A stretch of 64,000 nucleotides of DNA, taken from NCBI GenBank assembly GCA_965203055.1, contig OZ241863.1, positions 2,976,001 to 3,040,000 on the forward strand, read 5' to 3'. This document shows, in pieces, positions 17,312 to 28,521 of this stretch. A program made the translations under genes and the position numbers. Position 1 is the stretch's first letter; the number at the start of each line of letters is the position of its first letter. The DNA comes from Spirochaetia bacterium (GTDB lineage: Bacteria > Spirochaetota > Spirochaetia > SZUA-6 > Bin103). The notes below the pieces were generated by a model. That model was given only the letters and a program-made list of their open reading frames with translations. It was not told where the DNA came from and made no database searches.

Positions 17312-19246
17312 CTACTCGCCGGCCGGCACCGCAATCTCCGCGCTCCAGAGCCGCCCTCCGCCGGCGCTGAACTGGCCGGTCCGGACGTGGGAGATCTCAT
17401 ACTCCGGGAGGGTCGCGGCCACCAGGCAGGCGCCGTCCCAGAACACGCCGCGCGGCCGTTCATCGAAATGAAAGTCGAGATTGTCGAATCCCTGCTCGCG
17501 GCTGCCGGAGGGCAGATCGTCTACGGCGATCGGAACGACGTGCAGAAAGAAGCGCGCCCGGACATCCCGCGGCGCGCAGGGTTCCTTCACGTATACCAGC
17601 CGGTCCCCTGCCCGATACACGTCGAACGCCCCGCCGGCGGCGAGCTGCCGGCCGTCCAGGGCCGCCGCCAGCTCTTCGAACCGCGCCCGTTCCTTGGCCA
17701 GGTAGTAGTCCTTCTCGAACGTCGCGGCGCGCGCGTGCGCGGGCGCCGCCGCCGGCGGCCGCAGCATGGTTTCGCCCATGATCGCCCCGATGCCGCCGTA
17801 GGCTCGATAGCGCGTCGGCAAGGGCCGATCCGCATGCAATGGCAGGTTATCGCCTCGGAACACTTCGTTGCCGGCGGCGTCCACCTCCACGATCGTGTCA
17901 TGGAAGCTGATCAGGGTATTGCCGCTGCGCAGCCGGTACGCGCTGCCCTTGCCCCTCGTGTAGATGTCCGGCGTCGGCCGGTATTCCCACACTTTCACCG
18001 CAGTGCCGGCCGCCTCGTCCAGCCGCAGCTCCAGCGCGCGCGAGTAGGCGCCGCCCTCCGAATCGGGCCGCCCCCAGCCGTTGTCGAACAGCAGAACGTT
18101 GCCGTTGCCGAGCTGCGCCGCCGTGTGCTGCCCGTAGAACCGGTCGTTCGGGTCCGGGAACCGGTAATCGCTGTCCGGCCCGTGCAGTTGCCACTCGATC
18201 GCCCGCAAGTCGGCGCTGAGCGAGACCACCTGATTGCGCACGCGGGACGACAGGATGACGTTGCCGCGCGGACCGACGCTCACCGAGTTGAGGCCCGTCC
18301 ACTGGAAGACGGCGTTGTTTGATCTCGTTCTCGTATCGCGCAGTGCCGGGTCCAGCAGGTCCCAGGCGTCCTTCGAGTCCCAGACCTGCTCGAAGTGTCC
18401 GCTTTCCCGGTCATAGACGCGCAGATTGTCGACCCCGAACGCAGCTTCCGCCGGCCCGCCGTTCGCCGAGTCGTCGAAGACGACGGACTTCCGGGTCAGG
18501 TAGATCACCCGGCCATCGGCGAGCACGGTGAGCTCATGGTGGGGATGCCCCGCGGGGCCGTCCCGCTCGAACCGGTTGACCATTGCTCCCAATGGGGTGA
18601 TCTCGACCATGCTGTGATATACGAAGAGCAAGTTGCCGTCGGAAAGCTGCGCGATGGGGCCGCCGAACCCCCCTTCATGTTCATGGTACCAGACTATTCC
18701 ACCCACCTCGTCCCAGAAGACGTAGTACCCGCGCGGGTAGTCGGACAGGATGAGCGGCTGCGAGCTCCTGCCGCGCACCTGCAACGGAATGGCGGCGAGG
18801 GGCAGCGGCAGCGGTCCGGTGGTGAACCGGCCGTCCGGCCCGGCGGCCGCATCCGCATCCGCGCCGTCCAGCGCGGCCTCGTCCGTCACGGAGCCGTTCA
18901 CCACGAAGATGGTGTAGTCGTAGGTCGTCTCCGGGCGCAGCCTGACGACCGGGATGGCGTGCGCCGCGCCGGGTTCGCTCAGCGGCGTGCGGTAGCGGCC
19001 GGCCTGCGGGTTGTCGTACTCGACGAACACCCGCGCGGCGCGGGCCAGCGCCACCCGCACCTCGACGATCAGCGCGTTGCGCTCGCTGAACGAGGCGTCG
19101 TGCCGCAGGACGGCGGGCGCGTCCGCGGACGCCGGCGCCGCGCCGAACACGATAAACGCAGCCGCCAGCGCCGGCACCAGGCTAGACCGACCATACGGCG
19201 GTCGACGATCTAGCGTCACGCCGGGCGCCGTCAAGATCGATTTCAT
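17312..19246 (-). CDS. Arylsulfotransferase (ASST)-like secreted protein 2 with C-terminal module
   Basis: Paralogue of 7795-9693: PHHE, WTGLNSV, SSRVRNQV, FYGQHTA, LLFDNG, plus a signal-like hydrophobic segment. Confidence 0.8.
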   Translation of the reverse strand: MKSILTAPGVTLDRRPPYGRSSLVPALAAAFIVFGAAPASADAPAVLRHDASFSERNALIVEVRVALARAARVFVEYDNPQAGRYRTPLSEPGAAHAIPVVRLRPETTYDYTIFVVNGSVTDEAALDGADADAAAGPDGRFTTGPLPLPLAAIPLQVRGRSSQPLILSDYPRGYYVFWDEVGGIVWYHEHEGGFGGPIAQLSDGNLLFVYHSMVEITPLGAMVNRFERDGPAGHPHHELTVLADGRVIYLTRKSVVFDDSANGGPAEAAFGVDNLRVYDRESGHFEQVWDSKDAWDLLDPALRDTRTRSNNAVFQWTGLNSVSVGPRGNVILSSRVRNQVVSLSADLRAIEWQLHGPDSDYRFPDPNDRFYGQHTAAQLGNGNVLLFDNGWGRPDSEGGAYSRALELRLDEAAGTAVKVWEYRPTPDIYTRGKGSAYRLRSGNTLISFHDTIVEVDAAGNEVFRGDNLPLHADRPLPTRYRAYGGIGAIMGETMLRPPAAAPAHARAATFEKDYYLAKERARFEELAAALDGRQLAAGGAFDVYRAGDRLVYVKEPCAPRDVRARFFLHVVPIAVDDLPSGSREQGFDNLDFHFDERPRGVFWDGACLVAATLPEYEISHVRTGQFSAGGGRLWSAEIAVPAGE

Positions 19247-19255
19247 CGTTGCGGG

Positions 19256-19285
19256 ATTCTACGCGCGCGGTTGCGCGCCGGACAA
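19256..19285 (-). promoter_or_regulatory. sigma70-type promoter for ASST2
   Basis: TTGTCC-18 nt-TAGAAT-9 nt-ATG. Confidence 0.5.
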
Positions 19286-19362
19286 CCGCCACGCCAGCCC
19301 TCATGGTTTCCTGACCGCCGCGCAGGCGCCGTCGAACGGCACGCCGGCGCTGGGGCGGGGCG

Positions 19363-20910
19363 TCAGGCGCGGGCCACCTCGAAGGCGGCGATGGTGCGCG
19401 TCGCGCGGCTGAACTCCACGCCGAGCAGGTGGATCGGTTCGCCCAGGCCGCGGTACTTCTCCGCGTAGCCGCGCGCCCGCAACTGCGCCAGCGCCGCCCC
19501 GTCGGGCTCCAGCTCCACCACCTTGAACTCGAACAGATAGACGTTGCCCCGGTACCGCACCGCCAGATCGACCCGCCCGCGGCTGCTCGAATCCTCCACC
19601 GTGACGTCCAGCCCCACCGCCGCGAACCAGGAGTAGCAGACGCTCGCGTAGTAGCCCTCGTAGCGCGCGATGTCGTTGCGCGTGTGCCACTCATACGGGA
19701 TGCCGGCGAAGAACGCCCGGAACAGCCGCTCCAGTCCGGCGAAGTCGTTCGCCGCCAGCAGCCGCTCCAACGCCGTGTCCTGCGCCAGCCGGCGCGCTGC
19801 TGCGGGCGCCAGCGCCCGCAGCAGGCGTTCGTTCAGAGCGAGCCGCACTTCGCGGTTGGGGTAGCCGAGCCGGTAGCGCGGTCCGCGCGCCGAGTGCTCG
19901 ACGCTGCGGATGGTCAGATAGCCGGTCTGGAACAGCAGCGCCTCGGGCTCCATCTCGTCCACGTCGAACGCGGACAGCAGCTCGCCGCCGGCCAACATGC
20001 CGTCCAGCTCGGGCGATGCGACGCCGCGCTTGATCAGGATGTCGATCAGAAACGACGGCGTACCGGTCTCGAACCAATGGGCGGCGAATTCCCGGCGGTC
20101 GAACAGCAGCAGGATGTCGAACGGGTTGTAGACCCGATCGTCACCGCGCCAGTTGTAGCCGTTGTACCAATCGCGGATCTCCTCCCGGTCCAGCCCCGGC
20201 AACTCCGCCGCGAACACCGTGTCGAGGTCGGCCTCGGTGTAGCCGCAGATCGCCGCATAGCGCGGATCCAGCGTGATGTCGATCAGATTGTTGAGGCCGG
20301 AGAAGACGCTGACCTTGGAGAACTTGCTCACCCCGGTCAGCAGCGTGAAGTGGATGTGGGCGTCGGCGAACTTCACGTTCGAGTACAGGCTGCGCAGCAG
20401 GCGGCGGTTGGCGGCCGCGATCGCCGGCGTCCCCAGCGCGTCCAGGATCGGCTTGTCGTACTCGTCGATCAGCACCGCTACCCGCCGGCCGGCGCTCCGG
20501 TGCAACTCCTCCAGCAGGCGCCGGAAGCGGATCGGCGCGGAGGCGCTGCGCGCGCTCGCGCCGGCGGCCGTCTCGAGCGCCGTCAACTGGTCGGCCAAGT
20601 CTTCTTGCAGGCCGTCCGGCGCCGCGTAGTCGCCGCCGCCGAAGTCGAGGCGAACCACCGGGCGGCGTTTCGACCACTCCCAGTGGTCGTGCACGTGCAG
20701 GCCGCGGAACAGATCCTCGCTGCCCTCGAACAGTTCCTTGATGGTGTCGACCAGCAGGCTCTTGCCGAAGCGGCGCGGGCGCGACAGGAAGTAGTGCGTG
20801 CCTCCCCGTACCAGGCTGAGGATGAAGGCGGTCTTGTCGACGTAGTAGCAGTCATCCTTGCGGAGCTTGCGGAAGGTCTGGATGCCGGTCGGCAGCTTCC
20901 TCCTCATCAT
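19363..20910 (-). CDS. AAA-ATPase-like / PD-(D/E)XK nuclease protein, copy 3
   Basis: MMRRKLPTGIQTF... 515 aa; start set by alignment with copies 1 and 2. Confidence 0.9.
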   Translation of the reverse strand: MMRRKLPTGIQTFRKLRKDDCYYVDKTAFILSLVRGGTHYFLSRPRRFGKSLLVDTIKELFEGSEDLFRGLHVHDHWEWSKRRPVVRLDFGGGDYAAPDGLQEDLADQLTALETAAGASARSASAPIRFRRLLEELHRSAGRRVAVLIDEYDKPILDALGTPAIAAANRRLLRSLYSNVKFADAHIHFTLLTGVSKFSKVSVFSGLNNLIDITLDPRYAAICGYTEADLDTVFAAELPGLDREEIRDWYNGYNWRGDDRVYNPFDILLLFDRREFAAHWFETGTPSFLIDILIKRGVASPELDGMLAGGELLSAFDVDEMEPEALLFQTGYLTIRSVEHSARGPRYRLGYPNREVRLALNERLLRALAPAAARRLAQDTALERLLAANDFAGLERLFRAFFAGIPYEWHTRNDIARYEGYYASVCYSWFAAVGLDVTVEDSSSRGRVDLAVRYRGNVYLFEFKVVELEPDGAALAQLRARGYAEKYRGLGEPIHLLGVEFSRATRTIAAFEVARA

Positions 20911-20995
20911 GGGCGCGTCTTGGTGCGGCGCGGTCACGGCCCGGCCATGATAGACTGAACGCCGCGCGGCTATCATCCGCTCATCCGCCCGGCTT
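20911..20995. repeat. Linker L (imperfect inverted repeat)
   Basis: ATGATAGACT (20947-20956)...CGGCTATCAT (20967-20976). Confidence 0.8.
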
Positions 20996-21544
20996 TCATG
21001 GCCCCTGCGCCGCGGCCGGCGCCGCAAGCTCCGCGCTCCAGAGCTGGCCTTGGCCGCTGATGAACTGGCCGGTGCGGAGGCGGGCGATCCCATACTCCGG
21101 CAACGGCGCCAGCGCCACGCACGCCGCGCCGAGCCGCGCCCCGTGTTCCCGGTAGTCGAAGTCCCGGTTCTCGAAGCCGTGCGGCCGGTCTTGCGGGGAG
21201 AGGTCGCCGGCGTCCGCCGGAATCACGTGCAGGAAGAACCGCGCCCGCAGGTCCTCCGCCGCGCACGGCTCCTTGTGATATGCCAGCGCCGTTCCGTTCA
21301 GATAGAGGTCGAACGCTCCGCGCGCGGCCGGCGCTCCCCAGGTACCGGAGCGGATAGCGGCGCGCGCCTCCCGATAGCGCTGCGCGGTCGGTCCGGCCGC
21401 GAACTCCATGCTCCACAGTTGGGACCGGCCCCGCGCAGCGAGTTGCCCGGTACGGATGCGCGTGAATTCGTAGTCGGGCAGTGCCACGACCGCCACGCAG
21501 GCGCCGTCGAGCCGCATGCCGCCCTCCCAGAGGTAGAAGTCCAA
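20996..21544 (-). pseudogene. 3' fragment of a GT4-like gene (about 1.5 C-terminal modules), 5' part missing
   Basis: DFYLWEGG...LWSAELAAPAAAQGP is nearly identical to the GT4 C-terminus. Homology stops abruptly at ~21543, where GC drops. Confidence 0.85.
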
Positions 21545-21629
21545 AGTATGAGGGAACAGAAAGCCTGCGTGAACGTATTCGTCATCTTCTTCCGGACGAT
21601 TCGGTATACGGTCGGCGTCTTAGGAGACC

Positions 21630-21985
21630 ATGGTAACCAGAAGTACATGGGAGGCGGCGCTTGAGGACGCCGAAAAGAAGCTAGAGGACGGGAATGTTAT
21701 TTCGGCACTCAACCCCCTCCAGGAAGCAGCCCGGCAACTATCCGCCGAACTCGAAGCTAAACATCGGCTCGAAGGTGATAATGAGGATGTCAAGGTAGTC
21801 CACTACACGTCAATCGAGACCATCCACGCGTTGCTTACAGAGCCCTCGAAGCAGTATCTGCGGCTTATACGACTCGGTGCATCTCACCGATCCACAAGAG
21901 GGAAGGTATGTCTTCAAAGAAATTGAATTGGGAAAGAATCAAAGTGGCTTGAATCTTCCGTCAGCCACGCCTATATCATCTCAAC
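21630..21985 (+). pseudogene. Frameshifted DUF2971-like remnant in a lower-GC patch
   Basis: VVHYTSIETIHALL...LRL, then after a frameshift YDSVHLTDPQEGRY, then after another KWLESSVSHAYIIS. Resembles the HYT..LRL..NDP.EG..YI.S pattern of DUF2971. Confidence 0.55.
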
Positions 21986-22208
21986 TCGAAATGGGAAGAC
22001 TGGACCGAAGGTCTATGTCTCGGAGATTCCCTACCGAACAATCTGATACTTGATTATCTCGAAGGGCTGACACGATGGCCAAGGTGGTGTAGCAACCAAG
22101 GGCGCGACGCCTTCCCTCCGCAACGGTGAGCGCTTCCAGTGCCGCGTGGGCGCCGGTCTCGGTGACGGCGGGTCTAGCAGACAGATTTGTTGCAGTCAGG
22201 CGGTTATG

Positions 22209-24806
<2,598 letters not shown>

Positions 24807-24886
24807 CGCTCGCTCCCGCCGGTGCGAAGATACTTACCGCCAACCGCCCCGGCAAAGCGCCCGGCAGGCCGGCAGCGCGCGGCGGC

Positions 24887-24915
24887 TTGACCCCCGGCCG
24901 GCGCTGGTCTACAAC
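24887..24915 (+). promoter_or_regulatory. sigma70-type promoter, likely leaderless cysE
   Basis: TTGACC-17 nt-TACAAC-7 nt-GTG. Confidence 0.55.
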
Positions 24916-24922
24916 GGCCGCC

Positions 24923-25867
24923 GTGGCAGCCGCGGGTCAGGTCAGGTCAGCGCGCGTCTCCATCGGCGAGGTGGTGGACCGGCTCTGCGCCAGTCCCCCG
25001 GTAAGCGCGCGCCGCGCCGCCGGGGTGGGCTTCGAGCCGCCCTCGCGTCCGGTGCTGATCGACGTGTTGGAGGGGCTGCGCTCCGCGCTGTTCCCGGGCT
25101 ACTTCGGCCTGGTACAGATGACCGAGGGGCTGAACTTTCACCTCGGCTCGCTCCTGGAGGAGAAGCTGCGCCGCCTGCAGGAACAGATCCTGCGCGGCCT
25201 GGTGTTCACCCACTGGCAGGACGGCGCCGACCCGCCGGATCGACTCCGCCGCCTGAACGAAGCGCGCGCCGCGGCCGCCGCCGGCCACCTGCTGGCGCGG
25301 CTGCCGGAGTTGCAGCGGCTGGCGCTGCTGGACGTCGAAGCGGCCTATGCCGGCGACCCGGCGGCGCTCAGCCGGGACGAGGTGGTGTTCAGCTACCCCG
25401 GGGTGCAGGCCGTCATCCAGCACCGCATCGCCCACGAGCTGTATCTGCTCGCCATCCCGCTGATTCCCCGCATCATGTCGGAACACGCCCACAGCGCCAC
25501 CGGCATCGACATCCACCCCGGGGCCGCCATCGGCGAGAGCTTCTTCATCGACCATGGCACCGGCGTGGTGATCGGCGAGACCTGCGAGATCGGGCGCAAC
25601 GTGCGCATCTACCAGGGCGCCACCCTCGGCGCCAAGAGCTTTCCCCTGGACGCTCACGGCCAGCCGATCAAGGGAGTGCCGCGCCATCCCATCGTGGAGG
25701 ATGACGTGATCATCTACTCCGGCGCCACCGTGCTCGGCCGCACGCGCCTCGGGCGCGGCGCGATCATCGGCGCCAACGCCTGGGTGACCCGCGACGTGGA
25801 GCCGGGGGCGATCGTGACCCGCTATCACGGCGAGCAGGAAGACCTGCGCGTGGAGCCGCCGGCGTGA
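24923..25867 (+). CDS. cysE: Serine O-acetyltransferase
   Basis: GDPAA, YPG, TGIDIHPGAAIG..FFIDHGTGVVIGET and RHP hexapeptide-repeat motifs. Confidence 0.9.
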   Translation: MAAAGQVRSARVSIGEVVDRLCASPPVSARRAAGVGFEPPSRPVLIDVLEGLRSALFPGYFGLVQMTEGLNFHLGSLLEEKLRRLQEQILRGLVFTHWQDGADPPDRLRRLNEARAAAAAGHLLARLPELQRLALLDVEAAYAGDPAALSRDEVVFSYPGVQAVIQHRIAHELYLLAIPLIPRIMSEHAHSATGIDIHPGAAIGESFFIDHGTGVVIGETCEIGRNVRIYQGATLGAKSFPLDAHGQPIKGVPRHPIVEDDVIIYSGATVLGRTRLGRGAIIGANAWVTRDVEPGAIVTRYHGEQEDLRVEPPA

Positions 25868-26841
25868 GGGACTCCGGCGCCCCGGCCGGCGTCTACGTGG
25901 TGGGCTCGATCAATACCGATCTGGTGGTCTACGTGGAGCGGCTGCCGGAGCCTGGCGAGACCCTGCTGGGGGAACGTTTCGCCCAGTTCGCCGGCGGCAA
26001 GGGCGCCAATCAGGCGGTGGCCGCGGCCCGCGCCGGCGCCCGTACGGCCTTCTACGGCGCCGTCGGGGACGACGCCTACGGGCGCGCCGGACGCGCCAGC
26101 CTGGAACAGGCGGGAGTGGCCGCCGGCGGCCTCCTGACGCTGCCGGAGCATCCTTCGGGCGTCGCCCTGATCGTGGTCGACGGCCACGGCGAGAACCAGA
26201 TCGTGGTGGCGTCCGGCGCCAACCTGCAGTTCGGCGCCGAGCGGGTTGCGCCGCCCCCGGCCGCCTCGGCGGTGCTGCTGCTGCAAAACGAGATTGCCCC
26301 GGCTACCACCTACGACTGCGCCCGCCGCTGGCATGCGGCCGGCGCCCGCGTGGTGTGGAACCCGTCGCCGGTTCCGGCCGAGGCGCCGCCGGCCGAGGTG
26401 CTGGCGGCGGCGGAATTCGTGCTGGTCAACGAGGTGGAACTGGCGGCGTTGCGCGCCGATCTCGGCGCGGTCGGCGGCGCCCGCGAGATCGCCGCCGCGG
26501 CGCGCGCGCTGGTGGGCGGCGGCGGGCCGCTGCGCAACCTGATCGTTACCCTGGGGGCGGACGGCTGCCTGTGGGCGCGGCGCGGCATCACCGGCAGCGC
26601 GGAGCTGCGCCGCCAGCCGGCGCTGCCGGTCACCCCGCTGGACACCGTTGGCGCCGGCGACTGCTTCTGCGGCGTCTTCGCCGCGGCGCTGGCCGCCGGA
26701 GCCCCTACCGCGGCGGCGCTGCAGCGCGCCGCGGCCGCGGCCGCGCTGTCGGTGCAGCGCGCCGGCGCCCAGCCCTCGATGCCGGGGCGGGCGGCGATCG
26801 ACGGCGCCGTCGAGCGGCTTGCCGGCCGCGGCCGGGAGTGA
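25864..26841 (+). CDS. rbsK: Ribokinase (PfkB family)
   Basis: GSINTD, GGKGANQA, NEVE, DTVGAGDCF. Confidence 0.85.
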   Translation: MRDSGAPAGVYVVGSINTDLVVYVERLPEPGETLLGERFAQFAGGKGANQAVAAARAGARTAFYGAVGDDAYGRAGRASLEQAGVAAGGLLTLPEHPSGVALIVVDGHGENQIVVASGANLQFGAERVAPPPAASAVLLLQNEIAPATTYDCARRWHAAGARVVWNPSPVPAEAPPAEVLAAAEFVLVNEVELAALRADLGAVGGAREIAAAARALVGGGGPLRNLIVTLGADGCLWARRGITGSAELRRQPALPVTPLDTVGAGDCFCGVFAAALAAGAPTAAALQRAAAAAALSVQRAGAQPSMPGRAAIDGAVERLAGRGRE

Positions 26842-26886
26842 TTCCTGCGCTTGGCAAGGAGCGCCCCGAGAGCGCCCGGCGGGCGG

Positions 26887-26915
26887 TTGCACACTCCGGC
26901 GTTATTCCCTATGTT
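26887..26915 (+). promoter_or_regulatory. sigma70-type promoter of the nqr operon
   Basis: TTGCAC-17 nt-TATGTT in an AT-richer intergenic region. Confidence 0.5.
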
Positions 26916-27138
26916 ATTGACCGGTAACAGGAGGCAGCGCGCCGCAGCCGCTGGTACGCTCCGCCGCCAACCCCGTCGAACGTCGACCACCCGCGTGAAT
27001 TTGATCAACGTGCGCCGACAAGCAGAGTTCTTCAGCACGCACTCCCCGGGGCCGAATTGCGCCTTGGGGCGCGCGTCGGCAGCGGTGCGGCGTGGCCACG
27101 GCGAAATCAGCCCCGGCTGAGCCGGAGTGAGAGAACGA

Positions 27139-28485
27139 ATGGCAACGATAAAGCTCAAGCGCGGCTACGACATCCCTTTGGAGGGGGAGGCCGAACCGGC
27201 GCTGGAGGATGCCCCGGCGCCGGCTACGGTGGCCGTCAAGCCGCGCGACTTCCACGGCCTCATCGCCCGCATGGACGTGGAGGAGGGGGCCGGCGTAAAG
27301 CTCGGCACCCCCATCTTTCACGACAAGACCTTTCCCGCGGTGCAGTTCACCGCCCCGGCCAGCGGCATGGTGGTAAACGTGAACCGCGGCGCCCGGCGCG
27401 CCATCCAGGAGGTGGTGATCCGCGTCGACGGCGCCGCCGCGGCGGAGTCGTTCGCGGTTCCCAGCCCCGCCGCCGGGCGCGAGGAGGTGCTTGCCGCGCT
27501 GCTGCGTTCCGGGTTGTTTCCGTTCCTGGTGCAGCGCCCGCTGGCGCGCCTGGCGAGCCCGGAGGACGTGCCGCGCGACATCTTCGTGGCGGCCATGGAC
27601 ACCGCGCCGCTGGCGGCCCGGCCGGAACCGCTGCTGGCCGGGCGCGAGGATCACTTCGCCGCCGGCATCGCCGCCCTGGCGGCCCTTACCCCCGGCGCCG
27701 TGCACGTGGCGGTCGCGCCGGACGGCCCGCCGCTGCCCGACCTGGCGCCGGCCAACGTCCGGGTGCACACCTTCGCCGGCCCGCACCCCGCCGGCAACGT
27801 GGGGGTCCACATCCATCACCTCGCGCCCATCGCCGGGCGCCGCGACGTGGTGTGGACCTGCTCCCTCAAAGGCGTGCTGATGATCGGCGCGCTGTTCGCC
27901 ACCGGCGCGCTCGACCCGCAGGTGACGGTGGCGGTGACCGGCTCCGGCGCGCCCCGGCCGCGCTACCTGCGGACCGTGCACGGCGCCCAGGTCGGGGTCC
28001 TGACCGGCGACCTGCCGGACGCCGCCGCCACCCGCTTCATCTCCGGCAATCCGCTCACCGGCAGCCGGATCACGCCGGCCGGCTTCCTGGGCTTCTTCGA
28101 CAGCTCGCTCACCCTGCTGCCGGAGGTGGTGGAGCCGGAGCTGATCGGCTGGGTGCTCCCCGGATTCAAGGCCGGCAGCCGCTCGCGCACCTTCCTCTCG
28201 TCATGGCTGGCGCGCTCCCGGCCGGTGCGCAAGCACACCGGTCTGCACGGCGGCGAGCGCGCCTTCATCGCCACCGGCATCTACCGCGAAGTATTGCCGA
28301 TGGACCTGTACCCGGAATTTCTGATGAAGAGCATCCTCGCCGAGGACATCCCCGAGATGGAGGGATTGGGCATTCACGAGATCGCGGAGGAAGACGTTGC
28401 CCTCTGCGAGTACATCTGCCCCTCGAAGATCGAGTGGCAGGAGATCACCCGCCGCGGCCTCGATTTCATCGAGCGCGAAACGTAG
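27139..28485 (+). CDS. nqrA: Na+-translocating NADH:quinone reductase subunit A
   Basis: IKLKRGYDIPLEG, GPHPAGNVGVHIHH, EEDVALCEYICPSK; first gene of a six-gene operon. Confidence 0.93.
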   Translation: MATIKLKRGYDIPLEGEAEPALEDAPAPATVAVKPRDFHGLIARMDVEEGAGVKLGTPIFHDKTFPAVQFTAPASGMVVNVNRGARRAIQEVVIRVDGAAAAESFAVPSPAAGREEVLAALLRSGLFPFLVQRPLARLASPEDVPRDIFVAAMDTAPLAARPEPLLAGREDHFAAGIAALAALTPGAVHVAVAPDGPPLPDLAPANVRVHTFAGPHPAGNVGVHIHHLAPIAGRRDVVWTCSLKGVLMIGALFATGALDPQVTVAVTGSGAPRPRYLRTVHGAQVGVLTGDLPDAAATRFISGNPLTGSRITPAGFLGFFDSSLTLLPEVVEPELIGWVLPGFKAGSRSRTFLSSWLARSRPVRKHTGLHGGERAFIATGIYREVLPMDLYPEFLMKSILAEDIPEMEGLGIHEIAEEDVALCEYICPSKIEWQEITRRGLDFIERET

Positions 28486-28521
28486 CCGGCGAGCTGGCCG
28501 CGGCCACAGGAGCTAGATGAC

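Noticed and set aside
2980..19246. Diversity-generating retroelement as the source of variable patches
   Set aside because: No reverse transcriptase or non-coding template repeat is visible, and the differences include indels and multi-codon blocks.
2898..20995. Linker L as an integron attC site or shufflon site
   Set aside because: No RYYYAAC/GTTRRRY ends, no integrase or invertase in the window, and all cassettes are co-oriented.
26995..27009. FNR/Rex-like site GTGAA-N4-ATCAA in the nqr leader
   Set aside because: Only one half-site matches well and it is a single instance, too weak to call.
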